From: Escherichia coli
Lineage (GTDB): Bacteria > Pseudomonadota > Gammaproteobacteria > Enterobacterales > Enterobacteriaceae
Strand: one strand, 5' to 3'
DNA: 1,224 nucleotides
Assembly: GCF_003334335.1 (NCBI RefSeq)
Contig: NZ_QOWQ01000117.1
Made by a program: the position numbers and the translations under genes
The notes under the pieces: generated by a model
Told to the model about the DNA's origin: nothing
What the model saw: the letters and a program-made list of their open reading frames with translations, nothing else
The model's database searches: none
Part shown: piece after piece, positions 1 to 1,224 of the stretch
How positions within the stretch are numbered: the stretch's first letter is position 1
Layout of the letters: each line of letters opens with the position of its first letter

Positions 1-991
1 TAATGAAATTCCGCCGCCGCGCTCCATCACATTCCATATCTGGACGGCGTACAGTCCGTTCACCACCTGGGTACAGATTGTCTATGACTGGCTGGATGCA
101 CTGAAAGATCCCAACGGCCTGAAAACCTTTGTGAACACCACGCTGGGCGAGACCTGGGAAGAGGCCGTGGGCGAAAAACTCGATCACCAGGTGCTGATGG
201 ATAAGGTTGTGCGTTACACGGCTGCGGTGCCTTCCCGGGTGGTTTATCTGACGGCGGGCATTGACTCGCAGCGAAACCGTTTTGAGATGTATGTCTGGGG
301 ATGGGCTCCGGGAGAGGAAGCCTTTCTGGTGGATAAAATCATCATTATGGGGCGTCCCGATGAGGAAGAGACGCTGTTACGTGTGGATGTGGCGATCAAC
401 AAAAAATACCGCCATGCAGACGGAACCGAAATGACCATTTCCCGTGTCTGCTGGGACACCGGGGGGATCGATGGCGAAATTGTCTATCAGAGGTCAAAAA
501 AACACGGTGTTTTCCGGGTGCTGCCGGTAAAAGGTGCATCTGTTTATGGCAAGCCGGTGATCACCATGCCAAAAACCCGCAATCAGCGGGGCGTGTATCT
601 GTGCGAAGTGGGGACGGACACCGCAAAAGAAATTCTCTATGCCCGTATGAAAGCCGATCCCACGCCTGCGGATGAAGCCACGTCGTATGCCATCCGTTTT
701 CCTGATGATCCGGAGATTTTTTCGCAGACAGAGGCGCAGCAACTGGTCGCGGAAGAGCTTGTGGAGAAGTGGGAAAAAGGAAAGATGCGTCTGCTGTGGG
801 ATAACAAAAAGCGGCGTAACGAAGCGCTGGACTGCCTGGTGTATGCCTACGCGGCATTACGTGTGTCCGTGCAACGCTGGCAGCTTGATCTGGCTGTACT
901 GGCAAAATCCCGGGAAGAAGAGACGACCCGGCCAACCCTTAAAGAACTGGCAGCGAAGCTGTCCGGAGGAGTGAATGGTTACAGTCGCTGA
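1..991 (+). CDS. A: Terminase large subunit (lambda gpA-like), C-terminal portion; 5'-partial, reading frame begins at position 2, stop TGA at 989-991
   Basis: The frame is open from the first full codon at position 2 through 989-991. The ORF track starts it at GTG 131, but that GTG is an internal valine codon: the 43 codons upstream are stop-free, read as plausible protein (…FHIWTAYSPFTTWVQIVYDWLDALKDPNGLKTFVNTTLGETWEE…), and no Shine-Dalgarno motif precedes 131. From memory, the Trp-rich acidic sequence and the …TLKELAAKLSGG tail resemble the lambda gpA family. It is immediately followed by a gpW-like gene, which is lambda gene order (A-W-B). Confidence 0.88.
   Translation, partial: NEIPPPRSITFHIWTAYSPFTTWVQIVYDWLDALKDPNGLKTFVNTTLGETWEEAVGEKLDHQVLMDKVVRYTAAVPSRVVYLTAGIDSQRNRFEMYVWGWAPGEEAFLVDKIIIMGRPDEEETLLRVDVAINKKYRHADGTEMTISRVCWDTGGIDGEIVYQRSKKHGVFRVLPVKGASVYGKPVITMPKTRNQRGVYLCEVGTDTAKEILYARMKADPTPADEATSYAIRFPDDPEIFSQTEAQQLVAEELVEKWEKGKMRLLWDNKKRRNEALDCLVYAYAALRVSVQRWQLDLAVLAKSREEETTRPTLKELAAKLSGGVNGYSR
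965..970 (+). promoter_or_regulatory. Shine-Dalgarno sequence for the gpW-like gene, embedded in the terminase coding region
   Basis: GGAGGA lies 4-5 nt upstream of ATG 975, a perfect match to the anti-SD complement. Confidence 0.7.
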
Positions 992-1181
992 ACTGCAGGC
1001 GCTGCGTCAGGCGCGCCTTGATTTATTAACCGGTAAACGGGTGGTGTCTGTCCAGAAAGATGGTCGCAGAATTGAATATACGGCGGCTTCTCTGGATGAG
1101 CTTAACCGGGCGATCAATGATGCGGAGTCGGTACTGGGGACAACCCGGCGTCGCCGTCGTCCGCTGGGAGTGAGGTTATGA
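975..1181 (+). CDS. W: Head completion / head-tail joining protein, gpW family (68 aa)
   Basis: ATG at 975 is preceded by GGAGGA (965-970) and the ORF ends at TGA 1179-1181. The product MVTVAELQALRQARLDLLTGKRVVSVQKDGRRIEYTAASLDELNRAINDAESVLGTTRRRRRPLGVRL is 68 aa, the same length as lambda gpW. As I recall lambda gpW, it shares the core L-x-TGKRV-x-x-VQKDGRR-x-E-[FY]-TA-x-S and a C-terminal Arg cluster. It sits directly after the terminase large subunit gene. Confidence 0.9.
   Translation: MVTVAELQALRQARLDLLTGKRVVSVQKDGRRIEYTAASLDELNRAINDAESVLGTTRRRRRPLGVRL
1166..1175 (+). promoter_or_regulatory. Shine-Dalgarno region for the downstream (portal-like) gene, embedded in the 3' end of W
   Basis: GGGAGTGAGG contains GGGAG 7 nt upstream of ATG 1178 and GAGG 2 nt upstream of it; the start overlaps the W stop codon. 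Confidence 0.6.
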
Positions 1182-1224
1182 AACGAACGCCTGTCCTGAT
1201 TGATGTGAACGGCGTTCCGCTTCG
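1178..1224 (+). CDS. Start of the next head gene, probably portal protein (gpB-like) by synteny; 3'-partial (MKRTPVLIDVNGVPLR…)
   Basis: ATG at 1178 overlaps the W stop (ATGA, 1178-1181) and is preceded by GGGAG/GAGG at 1166-1175. The frame is open to the window edge. Only 15 codons are visible, so the portal assignment rests on lambda-like gene order, not on sequence similarity. Confidence 0.55.
   Translation, partial: MKRTPVLIDVNGVPL

Noticed and set aside
11-20. CCG CCG CCG simple repeat
   Set aside because: It is three in-frame proline codons (IPPPRS) within the terminase coding frame, too short to be a meaningful repeat or slippage-prone tract.
131-133. GTG at 131 used by the ORF track as the terminase start codon
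   Set aside because: The frame is open from position 2, the upstream translation looks like genuine protein, and no ribosome-binding site precedes 131. It is an internal Val codon of a 5'-truncated gene.
244-935. Three antisense ORFs (244-459, 494-742, 561-935 on the - strand)
   Set aside because: All are embedded antisense to the well-supported terminase CDS, with low-complexity Arg/Pro/Ser-rich translations and no start signals. These are typical spurious ORFs opposite a coding region.
672-974. 100-aa + strand ORF in the +1 frame relative to the terminase (the same frame as W, ending at the TGA just before the W ATG)
   Set aside because: It lies entirely inside the terminase coding region, its product is extremely Arg/Lys/Cys/Trp-rich as expected from out-of-frame reading of GC-rich coding DNA, and it has no convincing ribosome-binding site. 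The open frame upstream of W is most likely coincidental.
1-1224. Possible cos site, transcription terminator, tRNA or CRISPR elements
   Set aside because: No extended inverted repeat followed by a T-run, no repeat-spacer periodicity and no tRNA-like structure was apparent. In lambda-like phages cos lies upstream of the small terminase gene, outside this window.

Overview
The window is a compact, co-directional (+ strand) lambda-like phage packaging and head-assembly segment, most likely from a lambdoid phage or enterobacterial prophage. It holds the 3' part of a terminase large subunit gene (gpA-like, reading frame open from the window's 5' edge to a stop at 989-991), a complete 68-aa gpW-like head completion gene (975-1181), and the first 15 codons of the next gene (from 1178), which by position is probably the portal protein. 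Gene junctions are overlapping with Shine-Dalgarno motifs embedded in the upstream coding sequence, consistent with translational coupling. I see no RNA genes, CRISPR repeats, mobile-element ends or obvious terminators. I do not find evidence for a novel system here; the points worth a second look are the unusual 17-nt terminase/W overlap and candidate functional motifs in the terminase C-terminus. All calls rest on reading the sequence and recalled family knowledge, with no database search run.
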